The notes under the pieces were generated by a model, which made no database searches, was not told the DNA's origin, and was given only the letters and a program-made list of their open reading frames with translations. A stretch of 64,000 nt of DNA from an uncultured delta proteobacterium (GTDB lineage Bacteria > Myxococcota_A > Polyangia > Polyangiales > Polyangiaceae): assembly GCA_963696385.1 (NCBI GenBank), contig CAVOKF010000006.1, forward strand, positions 32,001-96,000, read 5' to 3'. Below, in pieces: positions 11,146-22,658 of the stretch (position 1 is the stretch's first letter; each line of letters begins with the position of its first letter). Made by a program: the position numbers and the translations under genes.

Positions 11146-11611
11146 ACGACCGGGGCCTCGACCTTCTGAACGACCTCGTGCGCCTGCTGAAGCGCTACGG
11201 TCCGGACGAGTTCAAGCGCCTCTCGACGATGCTCTCGGACCCGTCCCTGGTCGAATCGCTCCGAGCTGTGCTCGACAGGGTTCCAGCGGTCCCGCCGAAG
11301 CGCCCGGAGCGGGCCGAGAAGGAGAGCGCCGACAGCGTGCCTGATCCCAACCTCGACGTGTTGAGGTCACGTCTAAGCGACCCCGCGGCCTACCCGCACG
11401 TTCGAGACCTCATGGACGAGGCGCGCAGACTTGGCGTCCACATTCCGCCGGCCGGCTTCAAGAGTCGGAAGGACGCGGTGGGGGCCGTCGTGCGCCACTT
11501 TCAATCGGTGCTGCCGACGGAGCTGGCGGCGGCTGTCGAACGCCTCCACGTCGGGGACCGCCGGGGCTCGCTCCAGGAGTGGTCCTCTATCATCATGGAT
11601 CGGAAGCGCTG
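11142..11611 (+). CDS. Hypothetical protein downstream of parA (in frame with the ParA remnant)
   Basis: MNDRGLDLLNDL..EWSSIIMDRKR. Confidence 0.45.
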
Positions 11612-11689
11612 ACCCGCGCGGCGACTTCCCGGGGAGCACCTGTTCGCGGCACGCCTTGGGCTTGCCGGAGGCGACACCCGGGGCGACGA

Positions 11690-11801
11690 GCGAATAGTCG
11701 CTCCAAAGCGTATCGGCCAACGAAGAGACCGGGAAACCGCCGCAGTCACATGAATTCCTTTGGGGCGTTCGTTCTCACTGAAACAGCGGACCGATTTGGC
11801 A
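11690..11801. repeat. Dispersed ~110-bp repeat, copy 1
   Basis: GCGAATAGTCGCTCCAAAGCGTATCGGCCAACGAAGAGACCGGGAAACCGCCGCAGTCACAT also at 16184 and inverted at 26556; related copies at 14575 and 28045. Confidence 0.8.
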
Positions 11802-12125
11802 TACGCCGACGTCTTTGTGACCTCCGACGGTCGGCTGAGAGCGTTCGCGAAGAAAGTGTCACCACCGGTGCGCAGACGTCAAAACGGGTCGTGTTCGACG
11901 TCGGCCTCGCTGAGGATGAGGCGAACGTCGCGTCGGTAGCGTCGCAGGGCGAGTTGGAGTCGGGCGGCGTGGCGCAGGACGGCGCGCGCGCGCCGCCGGA
12001 CGCGGGGTCGCGCACGAGCGGGTGTTCGAGGATCAGGGCGCGTTCGAGGGCGCGCAGGGCGGCGTCGGCGACATCGAGGACGATGATTTCGGGAGCGAAT
12101 AGAAGCCTACGAAACTCCTCGACGG

Positions 12126-12506
12126 TCATCGTTTTCGTGCCGCAGCGGCGGGTTTGGGTTTGGGGGATTGGGCGAAGACCTCGAGGAAGAGTTTTTCGTC
12201 GAGTCGAGGTAGCTCGCGATCGGCGGCGATGGCGAGCAGCTCGTCGGCGAGATTCATGAGAACGCGGTAATTGCCGGCGGCGTGGTCGGCGAGGGTGACG
12301 CGCAGCTCACTGGTCATGAGGTTCTGGTTGCCCGCCGCGGTGAGGAGATGGTCGAGGCAGGCCAGGAGCTCGTCGCGGGAGGCGTAATCGAGGGCTCGCC
12401 GTCGGATTCGCGAGCCGAGCGGCAGGAGCTCGGGCGAGCGGAGTCGTTCGGGCAACCGGGCATCGCCGGCGAAGATGACGCGGAGCAGTTTTTGGCAGCA
12501 GCTCAC
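12126..12506 (-). pseudogene. C-terminal fragment of an ExeA-like AAA ATPase (transposon helper type)
   Basis: LLPLGSRIRRR, HAAGNYRVLMNLADELL; no Walker A. Confidence 0.6.
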
Positions 12507-12555
12507 GAGGATCGATCTGGCAGCTCGCCCCTCAATCTTCTTGATCCTCGAACCC

Positions 12556-12706
12556 TCAACCTACGTGACGCCGCTCAATGCGGTCCTGTTTGCGCAGGCA
12601 CTCGGTGATGCCGTTGAGCGAGTCGCCCACCACGCCGTAGATGCGACTGACGCCTGCCGTCGCGAGCCTATCCACCACGAGCTTCGCTACGTTCGAATGT
12701 GCCATG
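12556..12706 (-). pseudogene. N-terminal fragment of a ThDP-dependent pyruvate oxidase/dehydrogenase (PoxB-like)
   Basis: AGVSRIYGVVGDSLNGITE motif; only ~50 codons. Confidence 0.7.
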
Positions 12707-12785
12707 CGCGTCACCCTCTTCGCTATGATTCGAGGTTCCGGATCGACCTCGACCGACGAGCTATCGGACCCCAAAGCGGAGGCCA

Positions 12786-13304
12786 ATGGTGAATGCGACC
12801 GACGCAACCACTTCGAAGCTGGCGTGGTGGGCTGCCATCCTCCACGGGGTGAGCGCGGCCTTCGTCGCGGTATTCTGCTACTCGACGGCCCGCCTGGTTC
12901 CTTCGTTGCCGGAGCCGTACTGGGCCCCCATGGCGGCTGTGATCGTGCTCTACCCCGACCGTGAGGCGACCAGGAAGGCCGCCGGCCAGCGCTTCCTCGG
13001 GACCGCGATCGGCAGCCTCATCGGTTGGGGCGGCGCGGCCTGGTGGGACGGGAACATCCTGCGCTATGGGCTCGCCATCCTGGTCGCCGTGGGGTTGTGT
13101 TACTTGCTGCGGCTGGAGGCGGCTGCACGTCTCTGCGCGGTCGCAGTGACGGTCATCACGCTGATTCCCCGCTCCGAGTCGGCCCACCTGATCGCGTTTC
13201 ACCGCTTCGTCGAGGTCACCTACGGTGTGGCCTGTGCGCTGGTCTACACCGTGTCGATGGATCGGGCTCGACGGTGTCGGCGAGGCGGGCGTGGCTTGAC
13301 GTGA
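12786..13304 (+). CDS. FUSC/aromatic acid exporter family membrane protein
   Basis: YWAPMAAVIVL, QRFLGTAIG, HRFVEV, hydrophobic helices. Confidence 0.75.
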   Translation: MVNATDATTSKLAWWAAILHGVSAAFVAVFCYSTARLVPSLPEPYWAPMAAVIVLYPDREATRKAAGQRFLGTAIGSLIGWGGAAWWDGNILRYGLAILVAVGLCYLLRLEAAARLCAVAVTVITLIPRSESAHLIAFHRFVEVTYGVACALVYTVSMDRARRCRRGGRGLT

Positions 13305-13640
13305 GCCGTCGCAGCGCGTCCGTCACCGGCGCGGACGGCAAGCGACGTCATGCGTCCTCCTGTGCGACCAATCCAAAGCGAGCCAGCGGACTTGCGGGGC
13401 TCGAAACGCGTCTCGTCGTCGGCCGACGCGCTTTCGTTGCCCACTCGTTCGGGGCGGCATTGTCGATGAGATGGACCGTGGTACGAATGGAGCCCCCGGG
13501 CGCACCTCGCCGCGTGACTGCATGACATCCGGAGAGAAAGACCCGATTGACGAGGGCGCCGGCAATCCTCCTCGCAGAGAAGGTTCCATCCCGATGCGCC
13601 CCCCGCGTGCGGACTCGACCACGCCGTTCAGAGGCATGCT

Positions 13641-14501
13641 GTGCTGCACGCTGAGGGACCGTCGAGGTTGTGGGCGAGCCTTTTTTTTCTCGGAACGCTG
13701 CCTGGCTGCGCAACGGCCACGCTGCGCGGTGGCTACTGCGCACCCCCGTCGCGGGCTGCTCTTTCCCTGGCTCCCGACCCGCCACCGGCAGACAGCGCGC
13801 CGCGCGAGCAGCATGTGGCCGCCCTCGTGGGTCTAAGCGGCATGACCTCCGAAGTCACCCCGTCGGACCGCGCCCGAGTGCAGATTGTCGAGAGGGTCGA
13901 GCTCGCGAGCCTTGCGATTGGGGCCGCTTCAGCGGAGCTCGACTGCGAGAGTGAGAGGGCCGAGCAGGCCGCCGACTACCTGGCGCGCGCGCAAGCGAGC
14001 AGCGTGCAAGGCCTGACCATCGGTTCAATCGCTGCAGCGACCCTCACGGGCATCGCGGGAGTATTTCTTTCTACCCGCGGTGCGCCTGCTCTGGCGCAGG
14101 ACACGCTGGCCGCTTCCGGAGGCACCGTGACCGCCGGTCTCGGTCTCGCTTCGTTCTTCGTTCTGCGGAGAACGAGCTACGAGCACGAGCGCAACCTCCT
14201 CGCCGACGTTTGGGTGGGCCCTGCGAGGTCCGAGACGTATCCCCCGGTCATCTGGACGTACCTGACGCGCTCCGCGTTCTCGAACAGCCAGCGTGCACCC
14301 ATTCGCGATGGGATCGTCGGGCGCTGGAAGCAATTTCGACAGGTCGAAGATTCAGCGACCGCCGCGATGCTCTTCGGTCGTGGAGGTTCGTACGACGTCG
14401 ACTCGCTGCGCTTGCGCGCCGCGATGCTCGACGAGGTCAGGGCCGAGGTCGAGCTGGCCCGCCAGGATCTGGCTGCGCTCGCCGCGAAGCTTCTGCAGTG
14501 A
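13641..14501 (+). CDS. Hypothetical lipoprotein
   Basis: LPGC lipobox-like motif, long ORF. Confidence 0.55.
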   Translation: MLHAEGPSRLWASLFFLGTLPGCATATLRGGYCAPPSRAALSLAPDPPPADSAPREQHVAALVGLSGMTSEVTPSDRARVQIVERVELASLAIGAASAELDCESERAEQAADYLARAQASSVQGLTIGSIAAATLTGIAGVFLSTRGAPALAQDTLAASGGTVTAGLGLASFFVLRRTSYEHERNLLADVWVGPARSETYPPVIWTYLTRSAFSNSQRAPIRDGIVGRWKQFRQVEDSATAAMLFGRGGSYDVDSLRLRAAMLDEVRAEVELARQDLAALAAKLLQ

Positions 14502-14574
14502 CCGCCCTTCGGAAGGTCTCACCCGCGGCCGGCGGCGCCGTGGTTTCGGCTTCGGTCGGCGCAAACGCATCGAG

Positions 14575-14687
14575 GCGAGTAGCCAGTCGAAAGGGTATCG
14601 GTCAACGAAGAGCCGCGGAAGCGACCGCGGAAACATATCGCGTCTTAGGTGCGTCCGTTGTCGTTGAAACGGCGAACCGATTTGGCA
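14575..14687. repeat. Dispersed ~110-bp repeat, diverged copy
   Basis: TATCGGTCAACGAAGAG..GCGTCCGTTGTCGTTGAAACGGCGAACCGATTTGGCA aligns with 11690-11801. Confidence 0.65.
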
Positions 14688-14720
14688 CCCTCCGTCGCCG
14701 GCGGTAACACCTTCCTCCCG

Positions 14721-15401
14721 TTACTCGAACCGACAATCCCTCATGATTACGTTCATCATGAGGCCGTCGACTCGCCCGACGATCTTGACCCGATCTCCTT
14801 TCGAAAAGCTTGCGGCCCGGGTGACTTGATCATCCGCAAGCAAGCACTGGACAACCGGGATCTGAAATTCGCTGCCGTTACCAATGGTCACATAGGGACT
14901 GTCCGTGATGTCCTTTTTGACCTCGCCGACGATCCCCGAGGTCCGAATCCAATGTTGCTTATAGCGAACGTCCGCGCGCACTTCGTTGTCCGAATACTCG
15001 CCGAGCAGCGTGGAAAGCGGCACGGCGTACGTGTTGGCGGTGGGTGCTTGGTTTGGGTTCACCATAGCGTGAAGGATCGATTGTCCCCGCGAACCGTCGC
15101 TCGTCGACGAAGCGACGTGGTCAGACGATGCGCCGCGCACGACCGCCATTAACAGCAAACCGAACAGCACGGTGGCCAACACCTTCGTGGATGCCTTCGT
15201 CCTTCGATCGGTCCAGAGAAGAAGCAGACCGATTGGATAGACAAGCAACAGCGCCAGCCCGACGACAACAGTGCTATGGTACCAGCGCGGCCGCGACTGC
15301 GGATGAACGAAATGGCCGGCAATCGGAAGCCCGCAGCCGCCGCACGCGACGGCAGCATCGGATACCGATCGGCCGCAGTCCGGGCAGGAGATGAGTGCCA
15401 T
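14721..15401 (-). CDS. Zinc-ribbon + TM + OB-fold (tRNA_anti-like) protein
   Basis: MALISCPDCG..CGGCG, two TM segments, YSDNEVRADVRYK, KGDRVKIVG. Confidence 0.75.
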   Translation of the reverse strand: MALISCPDCGRSVSDAAVACGGCGLPIAGHFVHPQSRPRWYHSTVVVGLALLLVYPIGLLLLWTDRRTKASTKVLATVLFGLLLMAVVRGASSDHVASSTSDGSRGQSILHAMVNPNQAPTANTYAVPLSTLLGEYSDNEVRADVRYKQHWIRTSGIVGEVKKDITDSPYVTIGNGSEFQIPVVQCLLADDQVTRAASFSKGDRVKIVGRVDGLMMNVIMRDCRFE

Positions 15402-16183
15402 GCGGGCAGCTACCAGCGCCAATTGCGCGCCGCGGCTGTCGCGATCTGGACGGCGATTGCCAAGAGTCCCCTCACCGCATAATCCTATACTGGAACGAGT
15501 GCCTGAGTCACGCTGGATACGGACCGACATCGCGACCGCCGGCGGGGCGTGGTCGCACGGGCGGTCGCGCTCGGGTTCCGCCCGCAGCGCGAGCACCTTC
15601 AAGCCGATCTCGTCGACCGGGGCATCATTCTCAATCGCGAAGTGCAGCTTCGACCGAGCCTTGCTCCGAAGCGGGGGGGAGCGCACCGACGTTCACTTCG
15701 AGGAAGTCCTGCATGGTCGAACAAGTGGATCGGCGAAGCGACCCGAACGACCATTGATACTGGCGCCGGGCGCCTCTGGTTTGGTTCTCGTAGACCCGGT
15801 CGGTGCCCTCGCGGCAACGGGACCAGCTCGGCGCTGGCTTCACGAGCACAACGGCGGGCAGGACCTAATTTTGGGGATCGCGGCTCCGGGGTTGTTTCCA
15901 GTGGCTCTTTCGACGCCGCCACGTCAACTCGCCCACGTGCCTCGGCCGCCCCAGTTCTCGCCCGAGATGCAGGCTGTGGTTTTCGCCCTGCGCGATGCCA
16001 AGCTTCTCGCCGAGGTCGTTCCGCGTTCTTGCGTCCTCTCCCGCACGGCCGTACCTTGACGGTAGGCGCACGTGGAACTCGACCTGAATATCCAGCTCGC
16101 TTCCGGATGGCGAGCCACCTCGGCCCTGGTTCTGCCGCAGTCGTTCCTTGCGGTGGTGACGTTTGAGAGCGCCAAGGGCGTAG

Positions 16184-16440
16184 GCGAATAGTCGATGCAA
16201 AGCGCAGCGGCCGAGGAAGAGACCGGGAAACCGCCGCAGTCACATAAATAATAGGCGATTTTGCGACTGCGCCCGTGACGCGTGCGATGAGCGTCGAGGC
16301 GTATCGGCGCAGTTGCTCAATCGTCCACTTGGACGGAGCCGCAGCGACGGAGCCGAAAAAATTCGCTGTCGGTATTCCCGTCGGCGATCGCGAACGCGCG
16401 CCGACGCTCAAGGACCTTGCTTTGAGCGTCTCCAATGCCC
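16184..16440. repeat. ~260-bp segment repeated in inverted orientation at 26272-26617
   Basis: Near-identical sequence; this copy lacks ~87 bp between two ACGGAGCCG motifs. Confidence 0.85.
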
Positions 16441-16507
16441 ACCCCTCGCTGGCGTGAGGGGCAGGTCAGACGAGCGTCGGCGAGTGCGCATGGCCAGCAG
16501 CACGAGC

Positions 16508-16703
16508 CTAGTACCTCGATTCCGCGGAATGGAAGGGTCGTTTTCCGCGATATTCCCGACGGGATCGGGTGGTCTCACCCCTCCGTTTCATGGAATCGGG
16601 GTACTAGTACCTCGATTCCGCGGAATGGAAGGGTCGTTTTCCGCGATATTCCCGACGGGATCGGGTGGTCTCACCCCTCCGTTTCATGGAATCGGGGTAC
16701 TAG
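16508..16703 (+). mobile_element. Tandem dimer of an IS630-related MITE (96-bp period, CTAG junctions)
   Basis: Two identical units CTAGTACCTCGATTCC..GGAATCGGGGTACTAG; CTAG at 16508, 16604 and 16700. Confidence 0.9.
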
Positions 16704-16809
16704 CCCCAAGCGTGTCGGTTGAAAACAGAGCTCGCTGGTTGCGCCGATGCCGAGCTGCCGCGCAGCGGCTTCGTCCAAGATTCCTTTGGGGCGTTCGTTC
16801 TCACTGAAA

Positions 16810-17860
16810 CCCGCGAGCCACAATTCTCTGCACCGCGTCGAGTTCTTTGCGTGTCGCGTCGAGAAGGCTCTGGCGCTTGTGTGCGCGCAATCGGCAATCG
16901 TGCGAGATCGTGGTTCTTGCATGCGATCAACCGCTCACCGGCAAGTTTTGGGTCCCGCACGGAAAACAGATTGCGTTCGTCGAAGAGTCCGAGTTGCAGA
17001 ACGCCCGAGTGCACGAGGGATCGAATGCGACCGCTCTTGAGCGCGGTAACCCAGGTCATCCCACCGGTTTTGCGAAGCGACGAAATCTGTTTCTCCGTGA
17101 TCATCCCGCGGTCACCCACAATCACGAATCCGCCAATCCCGAAGTCGGATCGAACACGCTCCACCTGGTCGAGGAGCGTCGTCGAATCGGATGCGTTTCC
17201 CTCGTAAACCTGGACCGCAATGGGACAGCCCCGTTCATCGGTGAGAAGGCCATAGTTGACCTGCAGCTTGCCCTTCTTGTCATCGCGGTTGTATCCGAGC
17301 TTGGCAAGCGGACATTGGCGTCCTTCAAAATAGCTCGATGACAGATCGTAGAGCACCAACCCTTGCTGGCGCAGGTGACGCGTCGCCAACTTCTTCTCGA
17401 TCGCGTCCTGCCGGTCGAAGAGCCAATCCATGGCGTCATACAGGTCATCTTCGGTCGCATCCGCGATCCCGAGGTCTTCGGGCAGGGTCGTGGTCTTCCA
17501 GGCCCTCGTCGTCGCGAGCTTGCTCTGGGCATCGGTGATGCGCGCCACCAACAGGGCCATCACCAGATCGCGCTGGCGGCTTGGTTGTCGGTCGATGAGG
17601 ACCTCGAGCCCCAACTTGCGAATGACTTGCCGAACGGCGTCGACCGCACCGTGGCTTTGGTCGCGGACCTTTCGGATCGGCCCGTCCGGGCCAAACAAGG
17701 GCTCCCCGCGGAGCGCTCGCCGCATCCCCTCCACCTGCTTTTCCGTCAACGACGACAGGTTCGCCAGCGTGCGCGACTTGACCCGTCCGCCCTCTCGATA
17801 CGACTCGCGCAGCAGGATCGCCGGTGGAGAGCCGCGGTTCGGAACGGTTGCGATGTACAT
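16810..17860 (-). pseudogene. IS1634-family transposase, 3'-truncated and frameshifted
   Basis: LLRESYREGGRVKSRTLANLS, LYDLSSSYFEG, GYNRD, VGDRGMI, LFDERNL. Confidence 0.85.
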
Positions 17861-18068
17861 GCCTCCGCATCATGCACATCGAATCGATAATGGAAAGCTA
17901 TTTCTATCTGTTTACATGCCTACATTTCGGGTCAATTTTGCCGATTCCACAGCAAGATCGCGAACTTCGGCGATTTTGGTTCAGGAACTTCAGATTAGCA
18001 CGCCGCACTCGGGGCTCGTTGTTCACGCGAGCTGGAGCTCGAGTTGGTCCGACGGCTCGGCCGTGGTG

Positions 18069-18442
18069 GCTACTTTGGCGATCGGCTGGTTCCCAGGGCT
18101 CGGCTATCTCTAGCGGAGCATGTTTGCCGTCATGACCATGCTCGCCGCCGCCGTCGTCGACTTGCTTCGGTCGCGACGGTCTTTGTTCGCTGAGGTCGCC
18201 TTGCTGCGCCACCAAGTCGCCATTCTGCAGCGGTCGGTCGCCAGGCCGAGGGTGACCCGACTCGACCGGATCGTGTTGGTCGCGCTCGCTGCCTTGACGC
18301 CGACGTGGAGGAATGCGCTGCGCATCGTCCAGCCCGAGACGCTTCTTCGCTGGCATCGCGCCGGCTTCAGGGCCCTGTAGCGCTGGCGGAGCCGACCGCG
18401 CTCCGCAAAGCGCCTCCCCGCCGAGACCGGCGCGTTGATTCG
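18069..18442 (+). pseudogene. 5' fragment of the rve-integrase element, near-identical to the copy at ~60025; internal TAG
   Basis: Same DNA as ~60025-60400; TGG>TAG at 18378-18380. Confidence 0.85.
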
Positions 18443-18590
18443 TGTCCTTGCGGGGAGCGTGCGTAGGAGGGCGATTCCTGAAGCGGGATCCCTGTCTCTG
18501 GGGGGCGGAGAGGGCGACGGGGTAAGGCTGCCGGGGGGGACGAAAGTTTAGGGTTGCGTTCTATCGCGTTGCGCGGTACGTGTCGCGCTC

Positions 18591-19466
18591 GTGGAAGCGG
18601 TACTTCGGCATAGGGGACGCGCAGTCGACACGGACGATGTCGCGTTTGTGCGAGAGCTGATCGCGCAAAACCCGGGAGCGAGTCGTCGGGCGCTGTCGTT
18701 CAAGATTTGCCAGGCATGGGGGTGGGCTCAGCCCAATGGGACGTGGTGCGACGCGATTTGCCGTGGGCTGATGCTGCGACTGCACCGGGAAGGCCATGTG
18801 GAGCTGCCTGCGGCGCGATGGCGAAGCAAGCAGCCCCGTCGCCACGCGGTGGTGCAGCACATTGAGGTCCGCGTCGCCCCGCTGGTGGCGCGTCTTGCGG
18901 ATCTCGGGCCACTGGACATCCGCCAGGTTCGCCGCACGCCGGAGGAGACGCTGGTCAAGTCTCTCGTCGAGCAGCATCACTACCTGGGCTACGCGCATCC
19001 GGTCGGCGAGCACCTTAAGTACCTCGTGTCCGCCGGAGGGCAACCGATCGCGTGTTTCTGTTGGTCGTCGGCGGCGCGCCATCTGGGGCCACGCGATCGA
19101 TACATCGGTTGGTCCAAGGAGCAGCGAAAGGCCCGGATTCGCTTGGTCGCCTACCAGAGCCGATTTCTCATCCTGCCGTGGGTCGAGGTGCCGCACCTGG
19201 CGTCGCATCTGCTCGGCGCGATCTCGCGCAGGCTGTCGGACGATTGGCAGCAGGTCTACGGGCATCCGATTTACTTTACGGAGACATTTGTCGATCCGAC
19301 CCGTTTTCGCGGCACGTGTTACCGCGCCGCCAACTGGACGGTTCTCGGGATGACCGCCGGCCTCGGCAAGGACGCTCGCGGCTCGATTCCCAATCGTTCC
19401 CTCAAACAGCTGTTCGGATATCCGCTGGTCGGCGACTTCCGAAAACGCCTGCTCGGTGGGTACTGA
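18591..19466 (+). CDS. DUF4338 domain protein (IS66-associated, DruA-related)
   Basis: HHYLGY..GEHLKYLV, RDRYIGW, RFLILPWV..HLASHLL, ETFVDP.RFRGTCYRAANW. Confidence 0.85.
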   Translation: MEAVLRHRGRAVDTDDVAFVRELIAQNPGASRRALSFKICQAWGWAQPNGTWCDAICRGLMLRLHREGHVELPAARWRSKQPRRHAVVQHIEVRVAPLVARLADLGPLDIRQVRRTPEETLVKSLVEQHHYLGYAHPVGEHLKYLVSAGGQPIACFCWSSAARHLGPRDRYIGWSKEQRKARIRLVAYQSRFLILPWVEVPHLASHLLGAISRRLSDDWQQVYGHPIYFTETFVDPTRFRGTCYRAANWTVLGMTAGLGKDARGSIPNRSLKQLFGYPLVGDFRKRLLGGY

Positions 19467-19467
19467 C

Positions 19468-20100
19468 GTGGATCGCATGCCCGTCCGTGACGTCGACCTG
19501 AACGACCTGCCGCCGATGCTGGAGCGCATCCGGGCGGTCGTCTGTGACGACGACTACCACCTCATCGAAGCGCTTGCGACGACCGTGATCGAGACGACCC
19601 GCGAGCTGCGCAAGACCCAGGCCACGCTGACGCGGGTGCGGCGCCTCTTCGGACTCACGGGCAATGAGAAGACCGCTCACATCAAGGCCGACGTGGCCAA
19701 CCCTGCGTCGCAGACGGCCCATCCGGCGGTCGAGCCGCAAGACGCGCCCGCGAGCGATCCCAGCGCCGCCCCCGCGGCCGCGGAGAGTGCGCCGGAGCCA
19801 TCGGCGCCCCCCACGAAAGAAAAGCGCAAGGGTCACGGACGCGTGCCCGCCTCCGCCTATCGCGCGGCGCAGCACGTCACCGTGGATCACGAGTCGCTGC
19901 GGCGGGGAGACTCGTGCCCGCTCTGCACACAAGGCCGTGTCTACGAGCTGGCCGCCCCCGCGACCCTCGTTCGGATCGTCGGGCGGGCTCCGCTGGGGGC
20001 CGCCTGCTTTCACTGCAAGCAGCTTCGCTGCGGCGCCTGCGGCCACGTGTTCACCGCTCGTCCGCCGCCCGAGGCCCAGGGAGAAAAGTGCGACGAGTCC
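19468..20100 (+). pseudogene. IS66-like transposase (TnpC) N-terminal fragment
   Basis: RRLFG..EK, KRKGHGR, CPLC..LRCGACG zinc finger; no DDE domain. Confidence 0.7.
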
Positions 20101-20104
20101 GCCA

Positions 20105-20560
20105 GCAGCACCGCAACCAGAATCCGCATCTGCGGCGTGAGCTGGATCATCGCTCGCGTCTCCAGAAGGCGTGCGCCAATCCGACCACGTCCAACCCGCT
20201 CGCGCCCGTCACCTCCACGCGCAGCCGCTCTCCGCCTCGACCCTCGAGCTCGATCACCGTCCGGCTCGCCCCGTCCGCCGTCCTCGCCGCCGGCATCGCC
20301 ACTTCGATGAACGACGGCGACGTCGTCTCGATCGCCGAGCCCGTCGACGCTTGGCTCATCCGGTCCTTCAGCCCTTGGTAATTCAAACGCGTCGCCCGCG
20401 ACGTCGCCCACACCCCTTCGCGGCGAGCCACCTCGATCGCCGCGTTCCATAGCTCCTGCGGCACCCTCGACCGCTTGCCTCCGCATCCGGCTCGCCACCG
20501 CTCCATCCGCCCGCGCAGACTTTCTAGAGCGCCCGTTGCCCCGATACTCGTTCGATTCAT
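20105..20560 (-). pseudogene. IS66 TnpA-like ORF plus the first codons of TnpB, inverted relative to tnpC
   Basis: RVPQELWNAA..FIEV ORF overlapping MIQLTPQMRILVAV (start 20150). Confidence 0.65.
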
Positions 20561-21631
20561 CAGGTCTTCCTCCTGACCGCGACGCTGCCCGAGTCACGCG
20601 TCGACTTCACGCACTGTTGCCGAATGCCACCGCCGCCCGCCGCGACCCGCCCCTCTCGCACGCCCCCCGCCAGACCCCCCCCTCCTACTCCCCGCCCCGC
20701 AGCCGTGCCGCAAGGACACGTTCCTTTGACCCGCGGCGGTACAAAACGCGATCAGCTACGCATCGCCATGGGCCGAGCGAGCTATCTTTCCAGAGTTGCG
20801 CTCTCGTTCAAACTGGCCGAATCGCGGTGGGGTAAACACCAGGGCGAAGACGGACTCTACGATCGCTCCTGCATTCCCTGCGCCCCAGCAGGGCCGGGAG
20901 GCGAGGGCTCCTCATCAACGATTCCGAGCAGTCTGGCGGCCCTCTTCTTTGCGTCCTCGAGACGGACGAGCAGCGAAGCGCTTTCGTTCGGTGGCAGATA
21001 GTGCCGCACGATGGCCTCGCCCAGATCCAGAAACTCTCCGTCCGCCTCGTCATTGCGGCGCGCCTGCTTCAGCCTGTGCATCCGGGCCAGCAAGGGATGT
21101 TGTCGCGACCAACTCGACGCGAGGAAGAGCATTAAGACGACCCATGTCACGGCGACTCCCGCGAACGACAGCACGACCGCAAAATACCAGCGAACCGACC
21201 GGGCCGTGAGGGCGGTGACAATCGCTCCGGTCGCCATGGCGAGCACGAGGGGCAGGCACCCCAACGGTTCGTGACGCTTGCAGACTTGGCCCACGGCTAA
21301 GTCGAGCTGATTGCAGGCGGCCTCGATGTCGGCCAGGGCGCGGGCGACCTCCCTTAGGCCGGCAAGGTCCGTCCTGCCCCGCGTCCCGGCCATCGGAAGG
21401 CGCGAAGCGGGTCTGAACCTGCGGATTTGAGCCCCGGCCCAGTGTTCCGCCCGAACCTCGACGGCAGGGATGAACCGACCGCAGCTGCGGCACACGAAGT
21501 CGTCGGTTCGCTTGCGGTACCGAAGCGACCTCCGTCCACACGAGAGGCAGGCGGGCGATCTGGCCACGACGCCCCCCGACGTAGCACGGCTATGCGGAGA
21601 CGCGAGAGTCACCCCGTTTCTGCTCTGTCCG

Positions 21632-21800
21632 CTACGCGATCCGCGCCCAAAGCCGCTCATGCACGAAGTAGCCGATGGTCGTGTAGACGTTGCTGACGAT
21701 CATGAAGCCGAGCGCAACATCGACCTTGTGCGTGAAGATATAGATGGCGAGAAAGTCGAGGCAGACGGTGACGACGCGGTACGCGAAATGAAGTGTCCTC
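21632..21800 (-). pseudogene. DUF2061-like small membrane protein, probably degraded
   Basis: AYRVVT..GYFVHERLWARI. Confidence 0.5.
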
Positions 21801-21950
21801 GCCCTCTCATGACGCTTCGGATATGGCCCGACGGATCCCTTGGCACGGTTGAGGCGGACCCTGATCAAGCGTCCCGATCGGCGCTGACGAAGTCGAAGGA
21901 GAGTCCGCGTCGTTGCTGACGCCGGTTTGTGTCATTGTGCTTGCTCTGAA

Positions 21951-22658
21951 GTGCAACGGATAACGTCCACGCACACCAGCCGGGACTTCGAGACCGAGCT
22001 TCGCGAGCTGCGATCCCACCTGCTGGCGATGGGCGCTCGGTGTGAACGAATCGTCGGGCTGGCGTTCGAGGCTTTCCGGCGAGGAGATCCCGAGCCTTCA
22101 GGGACCTTGGAGTGTCTCGACGCCCAGATCGATCGCGATGAGGTTGAGATTCATGCGCTCATCTTGCGGATCCTCGCGCTGAGGCAGCCCGTCGCCGGCG
22201 ATCTGCGCTTCCTGGCGACCGCGCTGCGGCTCATCACGGATCTCGAGCGCATCGGCGACGAGGCGGTCAACATCGGCGAGCGCACCGTGAAGCGGGACGG
22301 CGGTGCGCACCAGCTCGTCGACGGCGAACTCACCTCGATGGCGACCGCCGCGCTGAACATGCTGCATGACGCGCTCGACGCGTTCGTACAGTGGGACGAC
22401 GAGGTCGCCGACCCCGTCCTCGGCTGCGACGATGGAGTCGACCAGGGTTGTGCGACCATCATGTCTGCGATGATCGCGCATATGTCCGAGCACCCGGGCG
22501 AGGTGCTGGCCGGACTGCGCGTGATACGGGTGGCCAAGTACCTGGAGCGCATTGCCGACGATGCGACCAACGTCGCGGAGGAGGTCATTTTCATGGTTCG
22601 AGCGGACGATGTGCGTCACGGGCAGTGGCAATCCTTGGCGGGACCGAGACATCGATGA
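21951..22658 (+). CDS. phoU: Phosphate signalling/transport regulator PhoU
   Basis: ALRQPVAGDLR, TDLERIGDEAVNI, KYLERIAD.ATNVAEEVIFMV. Confidence 0.9.
   Translation: MQRITSTHTSRDFETELRELRSHLLAMGARCERIVGLAFEAFRRGDPEPSGTLECLDAQIDRDEVEIHALILRILALRQPVAGDLRFLATALRLITDLERIGDEAVNIGERTVKRDGGAHQLVDGELTSMATAALNMLHDALDAFVQWDDEVADPVLGCDDGVDQGCATIMSAMIAHMSEHPGEVLAGLRVIRVAKYLERIADDATNVAEEVIFMVRADDVRHGQWQSLAGPRHR

Noticed and set aside
11754..11784. CRISPR repeat (ends in TGAAAC, recurs at 16780)
   Set aside because: Copies are kilobases apart and not regularly spaced
15480..16180. Coding region upstream of the zinc-ribbon gene
   Set aside because: No frame with a recognisable family; probably a degraded remnant
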